64,000 nt of DNA from Fidelibacterota bacterium MT.SAG.2 (GCA_004402915.1 SORU01000003.1:15718-79717), one strand, 5' to 3'; positions 18,887 to 29,219 are shown, counted from the first letter of the stretch. Translations and numbers: made by a program. The notes: generated by a model from the letters alone, not told the origin.

Positions 18887-20107
18887 ATGAAAAAGAAGCC
18901 CCAAAAACCGGAGACAGACAACTCAAAATATAGGCTTTTGGAAGAAGCGCTCCGCGAAAGTGAGACGAAATTTCGCTATGTTGTGGAAGCCGCCGCTGAC
19001 GGAATAATAACTGCGGATGGTATGGGCAAAATAGTCTCGTGGAATGGAATGGCACGAAAAATGTTCGGCTATAAAGATAAGGAAGTGATCGGTAAACCTC
19101 TGACATTTTTAATGCCGGAACGATATATTCCCGGACATACAAAGGGTGTAAAGCGATTTATTGAAACCGGCAAATCCCGTGTAATCGGGACAGTTTACGA
19201 AGTTCATGGATTAAGAAAAGATGGAAGTGAATTCCCTTTGGAGCTCTCACTTGCAAGTTGGGACCTGGGGAAAGGAAGATTTTTTGCCGGTATTCTTCGG
19301 GATATCACTGAGCGTAAAGAAGCAATGGATCGTCTCAAAGAAGCAAACAAGAACCTAAAAGAAACTCAAGTACGGCTAATACAATCAGAGAAAATGGCTT
19401 CGATTAGCATGCTCGTTGCTGGGATAGCGCACGAGATCAACAATCCGATGGGAGCTTTGATAAGCATGCAGGACACTTCTGAGAGAGCTCTGGAAAAGTT
19501 GAAGAGTCTGATCTCAAAAGATATAGAAATGTCAGCTGAGATAAAAAAAATCATGAAGGTAATCGATGATTCAAATGAAGTTATAAATCTCGGAGCCGAA
19601 AGAGTCGAAATGATCGTCAAACAATTAAAAAGTTTTGCCCGGCTTGATGAAGCCGAATTACAAACCGCTGACATCCATGAAGGTATCGACCAAGTGTTGA
19701 GTCTTATTCATCAGAATATGAAGAATCGAATTACCATCAGTAAAAGCTACGGAAAAATTCCAAAGATACGATGCTACCCGGCGAAGCTTAATCAGCTGTT
19801 CCTCAACATGATAATGAACGCTGATCAAGCAATGCCGAAGAAGGGAACGCTTACAATCACGACTTACTTAAGAAAAAATGATGTTTACATTGAGTTTAAG
19901 GATACTGGGATCGGTATTCCGAAGGATAACCTAAACCGAATTTTTGATCCGGGATATACAACAAAAGGCGTTAGCGTAGGAACAGGATTAGGATTATCCA
20001 TATGTTATCAAATAGTCCAGGAGCATAATGGAGAAATAAAGGTTACGAGCAAAGAAGGAAAAGGAACTACCTTCAAAATAATCCTCCCTAAGAAAATGAC
20101 TTTATAA
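18887..20107 (+). CDS. Cytoplasmic PAS-domain sensor histidine kinase (FixL-like PAS)
   Basis: PAS/PAC ('LMPERYIPGH', 'GLRKDGSEFPLELSL'), H-box 'AHEINNP', 'DTGIGIP' and 'GTGLGL'. No TM segments. Confidence 0.88.
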   Translation: MKKKPQKPETDNSKYRLLEEALRESETKFRYVVEAAADGIITADGMGKIVSWNGMARKMFGYKDKEVIGKPLTFLMPERYIPGHTKGVKRFIETGKSRVIGTVYEVHGLRKDGSEFPLELSLASWDLGKGRFFAGILRDITERKEAMDRLKEANKNLKETQVRLIQSEKMASISMLVAGIAHEINNPMGALISMQDTSERALEKLKSLISKDIEMSAEIKKIMKVIDDSNEVINLGAERVEMIVKQLKSFARLDEAELQTADIHEGIDQVLSLIHQNMKNRITISKSYGKIPKIRCYPAKLNQLFLNMIMNADQAMPKKGTLTITTYLRKNDVYIEFKDTGIGIPKDNLNRIFDPGYTTKGVSVGTGLGLSICYQIVQEHNGEIKVTSKEGKGTTFKIILPKKMTL

Positions 20108-20303
20108 ATGACAAAACGTTGTATCGGCAGATGTGGCATACACTGATCCATCCTGATGCAAAGTTCAATAATCGGTCGTTTATTAGATAATCAATAGAGT
20201 TCTCACTGTAATCTGAGTCCTAAAAGTGTAACAGAAGAGGGGAACTAAAAAGCGAGGGCAACCACGATCTTCAAAACCGCTGGAACGGGGCAACTCGTCT
20301 GCT

Positions 20304-20372
20304 GAGTTCTCCCAGGGGACTCCCTTGGAGCCTTCCCGACTACGTCGTTCAGACGGGGATTCCCAAACATTC
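20304..20372 (+). repeat. REP-like cluster of mini-hairpins
   Basis: Shares ACTCCCTTGGAG with 47850-61; additional CGAC-TAC-GTCG hairpin. Confidence 0.5.
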
Positions 20373-20702
20373 CCGCCATGCCTCAGTATTGGTGAAAGTC
20401 AATAATTGAGCCAATAAAGCTCTAATTATCCTTTAAATACGGGGATTTATCCAACTGTTGTTTTGTGTCGTTTCGTGATGTTTGATGTCTTTTAGCGAGA
20501 TTTATGTGGGCATACTAAGAGTCACACTAACGAAATTTAACTTCAAGAACTGTGAGGTTTTGATATCTTCGGTTTTCGCAATTGCAGCAGTTGCCGAATT
20601 TAGTTTCAAATTTATCAGAGTTATAAATGTAGCCGATTTTGGAAGAGAAGCCCTATCAGACTAATCCCCAATGAGCTGGTGAAGGATAATAGTATTATAC
20701 TC

Positions 20703-20757
20703 TTGACATAATGTTAGACAATCCTTAAGTTAATTCGGACAACAGTTGTCCGAATTA
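20703..20757 (+). promoter_or_regulatory. Promoter (TTGACA...TAAGTT) followed by a perfect 13-1-13 palindrome, putative operator
   Basis: TTGACA 20703-08, 17-nt spacer, TAAGTT 20726-31; TAATTCGGACAAC-A-GTTGTCCGAATTA at 20731-57. Confidence 0.7.
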
Positions 20758-20790
20758 GGATACATAAGTTAAGGAAAGGAAGTAATTACA

Positions 20791-21639
20791 ATGAATACAG
20801 AAGATTACGCACATCCAGACGTGCTCGTAAGCACCGATTGGGTGGCAGAACATGCAAACGATCCATCTGTGCGGATCGTAGAAGCGGATGAGGATGTCGG
20901 GTTATATGACACGGGGCATATTCAGGGGGCAGTGAAGCTCGATTGGCAGGAAGATCTACAAGCACCAATCATTAGAGACTTCATAAACAAGGATGAGTTT
21001 GATAAACTCATGGTAGCAAAGGGGATTGCTAACGACACAACGGTGGTTTTCTACGGGGATAAAAACAATTGGTGGGCTTGCTATACTCTTTGGCTATTTA
21101 AGCTCTTTGGTCATGCTGACTGCCGTGTGATGAATGGCGGAAGGGCAAAATGGATAGCAGAAGAAAAGCCACTGGTGACTGATATACCGAGCCTACCTAC
21201 CACGAATTACCAGGGAAGCTCGGAGGATACCAGCATAAGGGCTTTTAGAAAAGATACCGAGGCTCAGCTAGAGTCAAAGAAGCCCTTGGTTGACGTACGT
21301 TCCCCAGCCGAGTACGCAGGAGAAATCATAGCTATGGAAGGCTATCCTCAGGAGGGTGCGCAGCGAGCGGGTCATATTCCCGGTGCGCTCAGCATACCGT
21401 GGTCACAGGCTGCGAATCCCGATGAAACTTTTAAGTCAATAACGGATCTTAGGAAGCTATATGAAGAAGAAAACGGATTGAAACCCTCCGATGAAGTGAT
21501 ATCGTACTGCCGAATTGGCGAGCGTTCAGGCCACACATGGTTCGTGCTGAAGTACCTTTTGGGATACGACAATGTCAAAAACTACGATGGTTCTTGGACG
21601 GAATGGGGTAGCTTGGTTCGGGCCCCAATTGAAAAATAA
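20791..21639 (+). CDS. Thiosulfate/3-mercaptopyruvate sulfurtransferase (double rhodanese, SseA/CysA type)
   Basis: 'GHIQGA', 'GHIPGA', active-site loop 'YCRIGERS' and 'YDGSWTEWG'. Confidence 0.92.
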   Translation: MNTEDYAHPDVLVSTDWVAEHANDPSVRIVEADEDVGLYDTGHIQGAVKLDWQEDLQAPIIRDFINKDEFDKLMVAKGIANDTTVVFYGDKNNWWACYTLWLFKLFGHADCRVMNGGRAKWIAEEKPLVTDIPSLPTTNYQGSSEDTSIRAFRKDTEAQLESKKPLVDVRSPAEYAGEIIAMEGYPQEGAQRAGHIPGALSIPWSQAANPDETFKSITDLRKLYEEENGLKPSDEVISYCRIGERSGHTWFVLKYLLGYDNVKNYDGSWTEWGSLVRAPIEK

Positions 21640-21832
21640 ACTTTCATAATTTCACTAAACAGTGAGAGGCATAAAGTAATTCCGAAATCCTTCAGGTGAA
21701 TAATAGATTGATAGTAAGTTTATCCAGGCAGGCTCAATCTGTAACATAGTAGGTTGACAAAATATATTGGGTTGGTCGAATAATGATGCTAAAAAAGAGA
21801 TTAATTAATGATGACCCAAAGTTGAAAAAGGC

Positions 21833-22819
21833 ATGCGAGCTCAAATAGGGATACTGTACGAACACCCAGAGTGGTTTATCCCACTATTTGCGGAGCTGGA
21901 CAAATTAGATGTAGACTATGATCATCTGTTGGCTCATGTGCATACATTTGATCCGGCCGACACTCAAATTAAATACTCTACAGTCGTTAACCGTATGAGT
22001 CCGTCTGCCTATACTCGTGAACACGGGAATGCAATTTTCTACGTGGCGGAATATCTCTCCTACCTCGAAGGTATTGGAGTAGACCTAATTAATGGGAAGG
22101 CCGCCTATGATGTAGAGATCTCCAAAGCCAAACAACTCGCCCTTCTAAAACAATTAGATCTGAAGTTTCCCAAGGCTCGGGTGATTAACCATCCCGGACA
22201 GGCACCAGCGGCAGCAGAGGGACTAGAGTACCCAGTTCTTGTGAAGCCGAACATAGGGGGAAGTGGAGCTAAGATCCAGAAGTTTGATGATGCTGATTCT
22301 CTGAAGGCTGCTGCGGCTGACGAGGGAATCGATCTAGGAATAGATAAGACCTCCCTCGTTCAGGAATATCTTCCTCTTCGGGATGGTCACATCGTTCGAG
22401 TAGAGGTTTTGGACGGTAAGTATCTCTATGCTATTAAGATATATCCGGATCCTGACAAAGGGTTTAACCTCTGTCCAGCTGACGTCTGTCAGATCGATAG
22501 TTCAGCAGATGATGATAATAAACAGAAAGTAATTTCGGGTTACCTTTCTGAGCAAAAAGAAAAAACTCAACTTCAGATTGAAGCATTTGAACCTTCGACA
22601 CTGATAAAAAATGCAGTACTGGATATCGCAAGGCAAGCACACTTAGATTTGGGAGGTATAGAATATTTGGTGAATGATCGGGACGGGGAAGTGTATTACT
22701 ATGATATAAATGTCCTTTCGAATTTTGTAACAGACGCAGAGAAAATCATCGGTTTTAATCCGTATACCACGCTAGCTGAATACATAACAAGACGCGCAGA
22801 ATTTTCTCGAACGGCTTAA
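21833..22819 (+). CDS. ATP-grasp ligase (RimK/GshB-like)
   Basis: 'LVKPNIGGSGAKI', 'VQEYLP' and 'GGIEYL...YYDINVLSNF'. Confidence 0.8.
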   Translation: MRAQIGILYEHPEWFIPLFAELDKLDVDYDHLLAHVHTFDPADTQIKYSTVVNRMSPSAYTREHGNAIFYVAEYLSYLEGIGVDLINGKAAYDVEISKAKQLALLKQLDLKFPKARVINHPGQAPAAAEGLEYPVLVKPNIGGSGAKIQKFDDADSLKAAAADEGIDLGIDKTSLVQEYLPLRDGHIVRVEVLDGKYLYAIKIYPDPDKGFNLCPADVCQIDSSADDDNKQKVISGYLSEQKEKTQLQIEAFEPSTLIKNAVLDIARQAHLDLGGIEYLVNDRDGEVYYYDINVLSNFVTDAEKIIGFNPYTTLAEYITRRAEFSRTA

Positions 22820-22976
22820 TCCCGAAACAGCGTTTAAATATCCTCTCGTGAGACCATACCCTGCATTACATTCTCCCGGATTTACTTCTCTAGTCTCCAA
22901 GCAGGCGGATTCGTCCATACAAGGAAAATGCTTTTGCTGAAATAAACAAAAATAATTTCTTGACAAATGAAACATT

Positions 22977-22994
22977 TATCGTATATTTACGATA
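22977..22994. promoter_or_regulatory. ArsR-type operator 1 overlapping the -10 of a TTGACA promoter
   Basis: TATCGTA-TATT-TACGATA (7-4-7 palindrome); TTGACA 22960-65, TATATT 22982-87. Confidence 0.8.
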
Positions 22995-23014
22995 TATATA
23001 GCAGGTGACAACAG

Positions 23015-23335
23015 GTGACGAACGAAATAAAAGAAAAATTGGCAAAAAACAAATCTCTCTCCCTCACAGAGCGAGAGAGGTTCATCGCCATGTTCAAAGC
23101 GATGGGAAATCCTATCAGATATGAGATGATGGAGCATATGTTAAAATATCCGGGATGCAACACTGCCAATATTGTCGATCATTTGCCGATAGCGCAGGCG
23201 ACAGTCTCTCAGCACCTGAAAGTATTGAAAGAAGCTGAATTGGTAATAGGAGAAATTGAGGGTCCGGCGACCTGTTATTGCCTGATTGATGAAAATGTGA
23301 AGTGGTTTAAAGAAACGGTACAAAAGATTTTTTAG
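23015..23335 (+). CDS. arsR: ArsR/SmtB-family transcriptional repressor
   Basis: 'FKAMGNPIRY', 'LPIAQATVSQHLKVLKEAELV' and C-terminal 'CYC'. Confidence 0.88.
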   Translation: MTNEIKEKLAKNKSLSLTERERFIAMFKAMGNPIRYEMMEHMLKYPGCNTANIVDHLPIAQATVSQHLKVLKEAELVIGEIEGPATCYCLIDENVKWFKETVQKIF

Positions 23336-23355
23336 TATATTTTTTTGGCTTGAAG

Positions 23356-23373
23356 TATCGTAATAATACGATA
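23356..23373. promoter_or_regulatory. ArsR-type operator 2 upstream of the permease
   Basis: TATCGTA-ATAA-TACGATA; arms identical to operator 1. Confidence 0.8.
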
Positions 23374-23392
23374 TAGCTTATGAGGAATAGAA

Positions 23393-24475
23393 ATGATAGA
23401 GCAACTAACTGAAGTGCTTATAATGTTGAAAGGAAGTTTTTTACACTTGCTTCCCTACATGGTGATAACGATCCCGATTGCCGTTGCTGTAAACATGAGC
23501 GGCGCCTCACGGTACATCGGCAAGGCAATGAAAGCGAAGCCGGTCGCAGCCATATTTTTTGCCATGGTGATAGGGGCATTCAGTCCGCTCTGTTCATGCG
23601 GAGTCATACCTGTTGTCTGGTCTCTATTGGTAGGAGGTGTGCCGCTGGCTCCCGTCATGGTATTCTGGTTAGCCTCACCGTCAATGGATCCGGAGCTGTT
23701 TTTTCTAAGCGCCTCGATGATCGGATGGAATCTTGCGGTTTGGAGATTATTTACAACCATGTTTCTCAGTTTGGGAGCTGGGTTCATAATTCATCTACTG
23801 GTAAAGAAAGAGTGGTTAGGGGAGGATATAGTACGTAATCAACCTCGTCATTCAGATTTTTCACTGAGCGGTGTTTTCAAGGCTCCTCTGAATCTTACAA
23901 AAAACTTATTCCGTCGCGTGTTTCCAACCCCGGAACCATTACTGTCCACTTCTGTGCCGGCAGTCGATTGTGAATGCCAGGCGGACGAGCCGACAGATGA
24001 AGTTATTTCTGCATCTCCCATAGAAGAACCAAGGTCGAAAGTGAACGATGCTGAAATCAGTTCAAATAATTTTTACAAACGCTTGGTTTCTGAATCGGCT
24101 AAGGCAACTTGGATGATCTCGAAGTTCATGCTGTTGGCGATTTTTTTGGAGACTCTGATAAAACTTTATGTGCCTTCGGAATGGATCTTAGGCGTTCTTG
24201 GAGTGGAGAACGATTTCGCGATCATCAATGCAGCCCTGTTGGGTATACCGGTCTATACGAACACATTAGCAGCTTTAGGGATGGTAGGTGGTTTGTTGAC
24301 TCAAGGGATGAGTCCTGCAGCGGCGCTTGCGTTTCTTATAGCCGGCCCGACTACAACGATACCTGCGATGGCGGCGGTTTGGTCACTCGTGAAGAATAGG
24401 ATATTCGCTCTGTACGTCGGGTTTACGCTCGTAGGAGCTGTAATATTCGCGTGGTTATTCAAAATTGCAAATTAG
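23393..24475 (+). CDS. DUF318/ArsP-family permease
   Basis: 'SPLCSCGVIP', 'ASPSMDP' and 'FLIAGPTT'; multiple TM segments; follows ArsR. Confidence 0.85.
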   Translation: MIEQLTEVLIMLKGSFLHLLPYMVITIPIAVAVNMSGASRYIGKAMKAKPVAAIFFAMVIGAFSPLCSCGVIPVVWSLLVGGVPLAPVMVFWLASPSMDPELFFLSASMIGWNLAVWRLFTTMFLSLGAGFIIHLLVKKEWLGEDIVRNQPRHSDFSLSGVFKAPLNLTKNLFRRVFPTPEPLLSTSVPAVDCECQADEPTDEVISASPIEEPRSKVNDAEISSNNFYKRLVSESAKATWMISKFMLLAIFLETLIKLYVPSEWILGVLGVENDFAIINAALLGIPVYTNTLAALGMVGGLLTQGMSPAAALAFLIAGPTTTIPAMAAVWSLVKNRIFALYVGFTLVGAVIFAWLFKIAN

Positions 24476-24501
24476 TTACAAAACAAAAAAAGGAGAGAAA
24501 A

Positions 24502-24663
24502 ATGATTAACAAGAATAAAGGATGTTGTGATTGTGGTGGATGTTGCGGCGAGGGTGGTTGCTGCGGAATCGAATGTAAAAATCAGGATCAATCATGCGAT
24601 TGCCGAAATTATTTATCGGGTTTGCCGAATCCGCATCCATGGACATTGATAGGATTTAAATGA
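24502..24663 (+). CDS. 53-aa cysteine-rich, metallothionein-like small protein
   Basis: SD AGGAGA 24491-96, ATG 24502; 10 Cys in residues 8-34 (CCDCGGCCGEGGCCGIEC...CDC). Confidence 0.6.
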   Translation: MINKNKGCCDCGGCCGEGGCCGIECKNQDQSCDCRNYLSGLPNPHPWTLIGFK

Positions 24664-24955
24664 TTCCGGTAATCAATCGGGTTGTCCTACCATTATCGCC
24701 GTCGAGACGTTAAATGAAATAAGGCAACATGGCTATAGAAAAAGAAGTATCTTATGGTATTTGTAAGCATAGTATGCTAATTGAATCAAAGATCGCCTGA
24801 CTTCACGTTTTAGAGCTACTGTGGTCTTCATGTGACTAGAACAGCGTTACGGGAAAAACCGGGATAAATAATGGTCATTCTCAGGTCACTGCTGCTTGTA
24901 TGAGGCTGTCACTCATGTGGGATCAGCGGCCATTGGCGTCCGATTGATTGAGCTG

Positions 24956-25783
24956 TTATGAAACTTCAGATAATTCACCGTTTTGAATCAGGCTGTATCG
25001 TACGCCCAGGAGTCCTAAGCCGGAGAGAAAAGCCAAATTAAGGAACAAGAGGGGCGCAAAGACAGGGGCGGTGTAAACAAGATTTTCAAAAAAACTGGAT
25101 GATAAGCCTTTGGTGACAGTGATTGCGTGGAAATAGAAACCGATTACGCCTACAAACACTTGTAGAAACATTATTGCTAAACAAAGCTCCAAAAAACGAC
25201 GAGAGCATTTTCTAACCAAAGCTGTTCCTAAGAAACTTACGGCTATGGCGCTGCTTATAACCGGAATCCATTCTGTCAATAGAAAAAATCCGTTTTGAGC
25301 ATGATCGAGCAAGGCGAGTACAAAATTACCAAAAAATCCTGCAAGTCCGAAGAAGATCAACCACTGACTCCACTCCATTTCATCTTGTTTTACCATGCGA
25401 TTCATAATTAGCAAACAACCCAAACCCGTATAAGCTAAAGGAGCTATAAAAGGTGCGGTATACACTAAGCTTTTTAAGGTTTGGTACTCGAAAAATGTAC
25501 TGTTTAAATGCCAGAGCAATCCAGCGATCCCAACAAGGACGGAGCAGGATCCCACCAAGAATCCGATCAACCGATAACGTTGTTTTTTTCTATACCAATT
25601 CAAGCTCATTTCAAGGATCAATAACAAAGGCGCGCTGAATGAAAAATATAACGGGATCCATTCGGCGGGATGTGAAAACTCATTTACCGAATGAGCGATA
25701 TAGATATCCAGAGTGAGGAAGCCTAAATTAGATACAACAAATAACTCAATTATTAGTGATCTGTAGTGAACCCACCGATTCAC
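24956..25783 (-). CDS. Integral membrane protein with an internal two-fold repeat; partner of the octaheme cytochrome
   Basis: GTG start directly abuts the cytochrome TAG. Repeated motifs 'AH...EWIP' / 'DH...EWIP' and 'YTAPFIAPL' / 'YTAPVFAPL'. Confidence 0.75.
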   Translation of the reverse strand: MNRWVHYRSLIIELFVVSNLGFLTLDIYIAHSVNEFSHPAEWIPLYFSFSAPLLLILEMSLNWYRKKQRYRLIGFLVGSCSVLVGIAGLLWHLNSTFFEYQTLKSLVYTAPFIAPLAYTGLGCLLIMNRMVKQDEMEWSQWLIFFGLAGFFGNFVLALLDHAQNGFFLLTEWIPVISSAIAVSFLGTALVRKCSRRFLELCLAIMFLQVFVGVIGFYFHAITVTKGLSSSFFENLVYTAPVFAPLLFLNLAFLSGLGLLGVRYSLIQNGELSEVS

Positions 25784-27025
25784 CTACTTCGTCTCCGATA
25801 TAGATTTACCTCGCAGACTTTTAGCTATTTCTTCCATTTCAACCATTTTTAGGAGTAATTCGTAATTTCCATGCCATTGTACAAAATCTGCGCCACCCAT
25901 AAAGGCGCCGTGTTTCGCAGTCCTGCCATAGTAATGCCAGAGGTCAAAGGCGATAAATTCAATTGGCTCATCAAACGGTTCGGGTGTAAGAAGACCTTCC
26001 TTACGAAGTTCTGTCATTAGATCCAGTGATTTCTGTACTTTTTCGTTAGTCGAGTGCACCACAATCTCAGCCTCTCGATAAAATTCTTCGACATGTGTTT
26101 TTGCATGACATTTGAGACATGTATTCTTCATAGCTTCTTGTCCCAAATTATAATTCGGCCGCTTCTTCGACACCGGTGAAAAGAGCCACCACGAAAGCCG
26201 TTCTGTCACGTCATGGGTGACATTCATACCTTCAAGCCCACTCATATGACATGTGGCGCATGTCGGGACAGGCATATCCCTGGTAGTCAGGTTTTTAGGA
26301 GAAGCATCCAGATTTATACGATCTCTCTGTAACGCGAAAAGCACGCCATGTTTTGATTCGTTATAAATTTCCAACTGTGAGTGATCCGGCCCCATATGGC
26401 ATTGTCCGCAAGTTTCCGGCTGGCGCGCCAAGGCTATAGAAGTTGAATGCCTGGCATGACAGGCTGTGCATGTCCCTATACTGCCATCCGCGTTGGGCTT
26501 GCCAACAGAATGGCATGCCAGGCATCCTTTTTCCATGACACCTTCGCCTTGGACAATGGCGAGCTGGTTCGCTGAACGCATGACCGATCCGGGATGATAT
26601 TTCTCAGCGTATGCTATCTGCTCAGCAGAGAATCCTTCCGATCCGCTAACGGCAGCCCATGCCGGGGCAGCATGTCGACTCCTCAGAAATTGGTCATATT
26701 CAGTAGAATGGCATTGAGCACAGTTTAAAGCCGTTAGTTCCTGGGCGAGAGTAAATCCTTTATGAACGAATTCAGCCTGACCCTCTTGGACGCGATGACA
26801 TTCGTAGCAAGTTACATTTATTTTTGCATGTTTACTGAATGAATATTGATGGACTATTGCGGATGTCTCGTGAAGATGACACGACGCGCATTTTCCTGTT
26901 GCCCGCACATATTCCGGTCTCGGTTGTGATATTTCTACTACGGGGCGTGCGCGATTAATCAGAAAAGCTGCCACAACCATAGCAGTGGCGAAAATAATCG
27001 AGATAAAGATATTCTTAAAGTTCAT
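25784..27025 (-). CDS. Octaheme c-type cytochrome, hydroxylamine-oxidoreductase (HAO) family
   Basis: Eight CxxCH motifs (CASCH, CYECH, CAQCH, CLACH, CTACH, CGQCH, CATCH, CLKCH); HAO-family 'PETCGQCHMGPDHSQLEIYNESKHG'; N-terminal TM anchor. Confidence 0.85.
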   Translation of the reverse strand: MNFKNIFISIIFATAMVVAAFLINRARPVVEISQPRPEYVRATGKCASCHLHETSAIVHQYSFSKHAKINVTCYECHRVQEGQAEFVHKGFTLAQELTALNCAQCHSTEYDQFLRSRHAAPAWAAVSGSEGFSAEQIAYAEKYHPGSVMRSANQLAIVQGEGVMEKGCLACHSVGKPNADGSIGTCTACHARHSTSIALARQPETCGQCHMGPDHSQLEIYNESKHGVLFALQRDRINLDASPKNLTTRDMPVPTCATCHMSGLEGMNVTHDVTERLSWWLFSPVSKKRPNYNLGQEAMKNTCLKCHAKTHVEEFYREAEIVVHSTNEKVQKSLDLMTELRKEGLLTPEPFDEPIEFIAFDLWHYYGRTAKHGAFMGGADFVQWHGNYELLLKMVEMEEIAKSLRGKSISETK

Positions 27026-27315
27026 AAAACATTATCCCCATTCAGCATTGTTGGTTTTGTCACACATAGCCAAGATTTATATAAACTTTTTCAATCTCTG
27101 AATTTAATATAATCAATTACATGCAATAGTTCATTATCAATCGAGCTTGTCCCAAAAATTAATGATTATTGTATTCTAATCAGTCATGTTCTCTTAACCA
27201 GATAACAGCTTATTGCCCGCCGGGTCAAGTGATTTTATGAGGACGATGATGTTGACACTCCAAAACGGAAATGATTTTCCTTGACAAGTCGGCGAGTTAA
27301 TGTAAATTAATATTG

Positions 27316-27350
27316 AGGGGATGGTTATGATAAGCATCCCCTTTCTTTTT
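27316..27350 (+). terminator. Intrinsic-terminator-like hairpin in the frdA leader
   Basis: AGGGGATG/CATCCCCT 8-bp stem followed by TTCTTTTT, just downstream of TTGACA (27281)...TAAATT (27303). Confidence 0.55.
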
Positions 27351-27476
27351 AGTTTTAGCGACAAAAGTTTTACAACAACCGCCCTATTACTGAAATAAGA
27401 GGAGATTAGATGATCTCATTACTTGTTAAATTACATATCATTCATCCTGATATTATCAGGGAAATAGGATAGGTAT

Positions 27477-29219
27477 TTGGATAAATTCTTCCACGACGTA
27501 CTGATAGTTGGGGGAGGTGGGGCAGGTCTACGGGGCGCAATAGCGATCGCAGAAGAAGATCCCAACTTAAGTATTGCGGTCGTTTCTAAAGTAATACCCA
27601 TGCGCAGCCACACAGTAGCAGCGGAGGGCGGCGCCGCCGCCGTCATCAAGGACGATGACAGCCTTGACCTACATGCTTACGACACAATATCGGGTGGGGA
27701 TTGGCTGTGTGATCAAGACGCAGTCGAGGTGTTTGTCGGTGAAGCGGTGGAAGAGCTGTTGCAACTTGAACATTGGGGATGCCCGTGGAGCAGAATAGAA
27801 GACGGGTCCATTGCCGTTCGATCGTTTGGCGGGATGAAGCTTGAGAGAACATGGTTTGCGGCTGATAAAACCGGATTTCACATACTCCATACCCTGTTTC
27901 AAACCTCCCTGAAATATAAGCCTATTCAAAGATACGATGAATGGTTTGTAACCGACTTGCTTGTGGAAGATGGGCGTTGTCAGGGAGTTATCGCATTAGA
28001 AATAGCGACCGGCAGGGTTAAGGCACTATTTGCAAAATCAGTCGTGATATGTACCGGCGGATGCGGTAAACTGTTTTCGTTTACTACCAATGCTAACATT
28101 AAAAACGGTGATGGCATGGCTCTGGCTTACCGTGCAGGCGTTCCGCTCAAGGACATGGAATTTATACAATATCATCCCACAGGATTGCCCTTTACGGGAA
28201 TACTCATAACAGAGGCTACCCGCTCTGAAGGGGGAGTATTGGTCAATAAGGATGGGTATCGCTATTTACAGGATTATGATTTGGGAACACCTCAACCGAA
28301 GCCGGTGCTGCGGTCAATGGAATTGGGTCCGAGGGATCGATTATCGCAGGCATTCGTCAAAGAGCAGGAGAAGGGGAGAACAATAAAAGGGCCTTACGGC
28401 GATGTTGTTCATTTGGATATTCGGCATCTCGGTAAAGATACGATCAATAACAAGCTCCCGTTCGTTCGTGAACTCTGTTTAAAGTACGAAAATTTAGATC
28501 CGATAGAAGAGATGATTCCCGTACGCCCGGTCGTTCATTATATGATGGGAGGTATTCATACGGATATCAACGGTGCGACACCTCTCGAAGGACTTTACGC
28601 AGCCGGCGAAGTTGCATGTGTCAGTATAAACGGAGCGAATCGCCTTGGCTCGAATTCTCTCACGGAAATTTTGGTGTTTGGAAAAAGAGCATGCATCGCT
28701 GCAGCCCGTTTCGCGTTAGAACAGAAGGAGACCGATCCTTCATTAGAATTATTGGTCAAAGATAAGGTAAGTCAAGTAAGAGAACGATACTTCAACACAA
28801 ACGGTGGAACTGAAAGTATCGCAGGCTTGAGAGGGGAAATGCAAAAAGTAATGGAAGAATCTGTAGGAATATACCGAAATGAGGATTCACTCAAAGGCGC
28901 CATCTCGACCATATTTGAATTGAAAGAGAGGTTTCAAAACATTAGAGTAACAGATCAGAGCTATACATTCAACACTGAAATTACTTCAGCTATGGAACTG
29001 TCTTATATGTTAGATGTTGCCGAAGCGATAGTTCATTCTGCGATAGCGAGAACGGAATCTCGCGGTTCACATCAGCGCACAGACTATCCGGATAGAGATG
29101 ATGAGAGATTTCTGGCTCATAGCCTGGCTTATAAAGAAGATAAAGGAGCACCCAGAATAGAACAGCTACCGGTTGTTATAACTCGATGGCCGCCGGCTGA
29201 AAGGGTGTACGGAAAATAA
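27477..29219 (+). CDS. frdA: Fumarate reductase flavoprotein subunit
   Basis: '[10 protein letters not shown]' covalent-FAD His, 'QYHPTG', 'HYMMGG' and '[10 protein letters not shown]'. Confidence 0.93.
   Translation: MDKFFHDVLIVGGGGAGLRGAIAIAEEDPNLSIAVVSKVIPMRSHTVAAEGGAAAVIKDDDSLDLHAYDTISGGDWLCDQDAVEVFVGEAVEELLQLEHWGCPWSRIEDGSIAVRSFGGMKLERTWFAADKTGFHILHTLFQTSLKYKPIQRYDEWFVTDLLVEDGRCQGVIALEIATGRVKALFAKSVVICTGGCGKLFSFTTNANIKNGDGMALAYRAGVPLKDMEFIQYHPTGLPFTGILITEATRSEGGVLVNKDGYRYLQDYDLGTPQPKPVLRSMELGPRDRLSQAFVKEQEKGRTIKGPYGDVVHLDIRHLGKDTINNKLPFVRELCLKYENLDPIEEMIPVRPVVHYMMGGIHTDINGATPLEGLYAAGEVACVSINGANRLGSNSLTEILVFGKRACIAAARFALEQKETDPSLELLVKDKVSQVRERYFNTNGGTESIAGLRGEMQKVMEESVGIYRNEDSLKGAISTIFELKERFQNIRVTDQSYTFNTEITSAMELSYMLDVAEAIVHSAIARTESRGSHQRTDYPDRDDERFLAHSLAYKEDKGAPRIEQLPVVITRWPPAERVYGK

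Noticed and set aside
20210-20240. TGTAATCTGAGTCCTAAAAGTGTAACA as an IS terminal repeat (similar hint at about 24840-24930)
   Set aside because: Only a general TGT-start resemblance; no partner end or transposase remnant could be tied to it.
20482-20664. 60-aa ORF in the kinase-rhodanese gap
   Set aside because: No SD or motif; no frame on either strand gave a recognisable protein.
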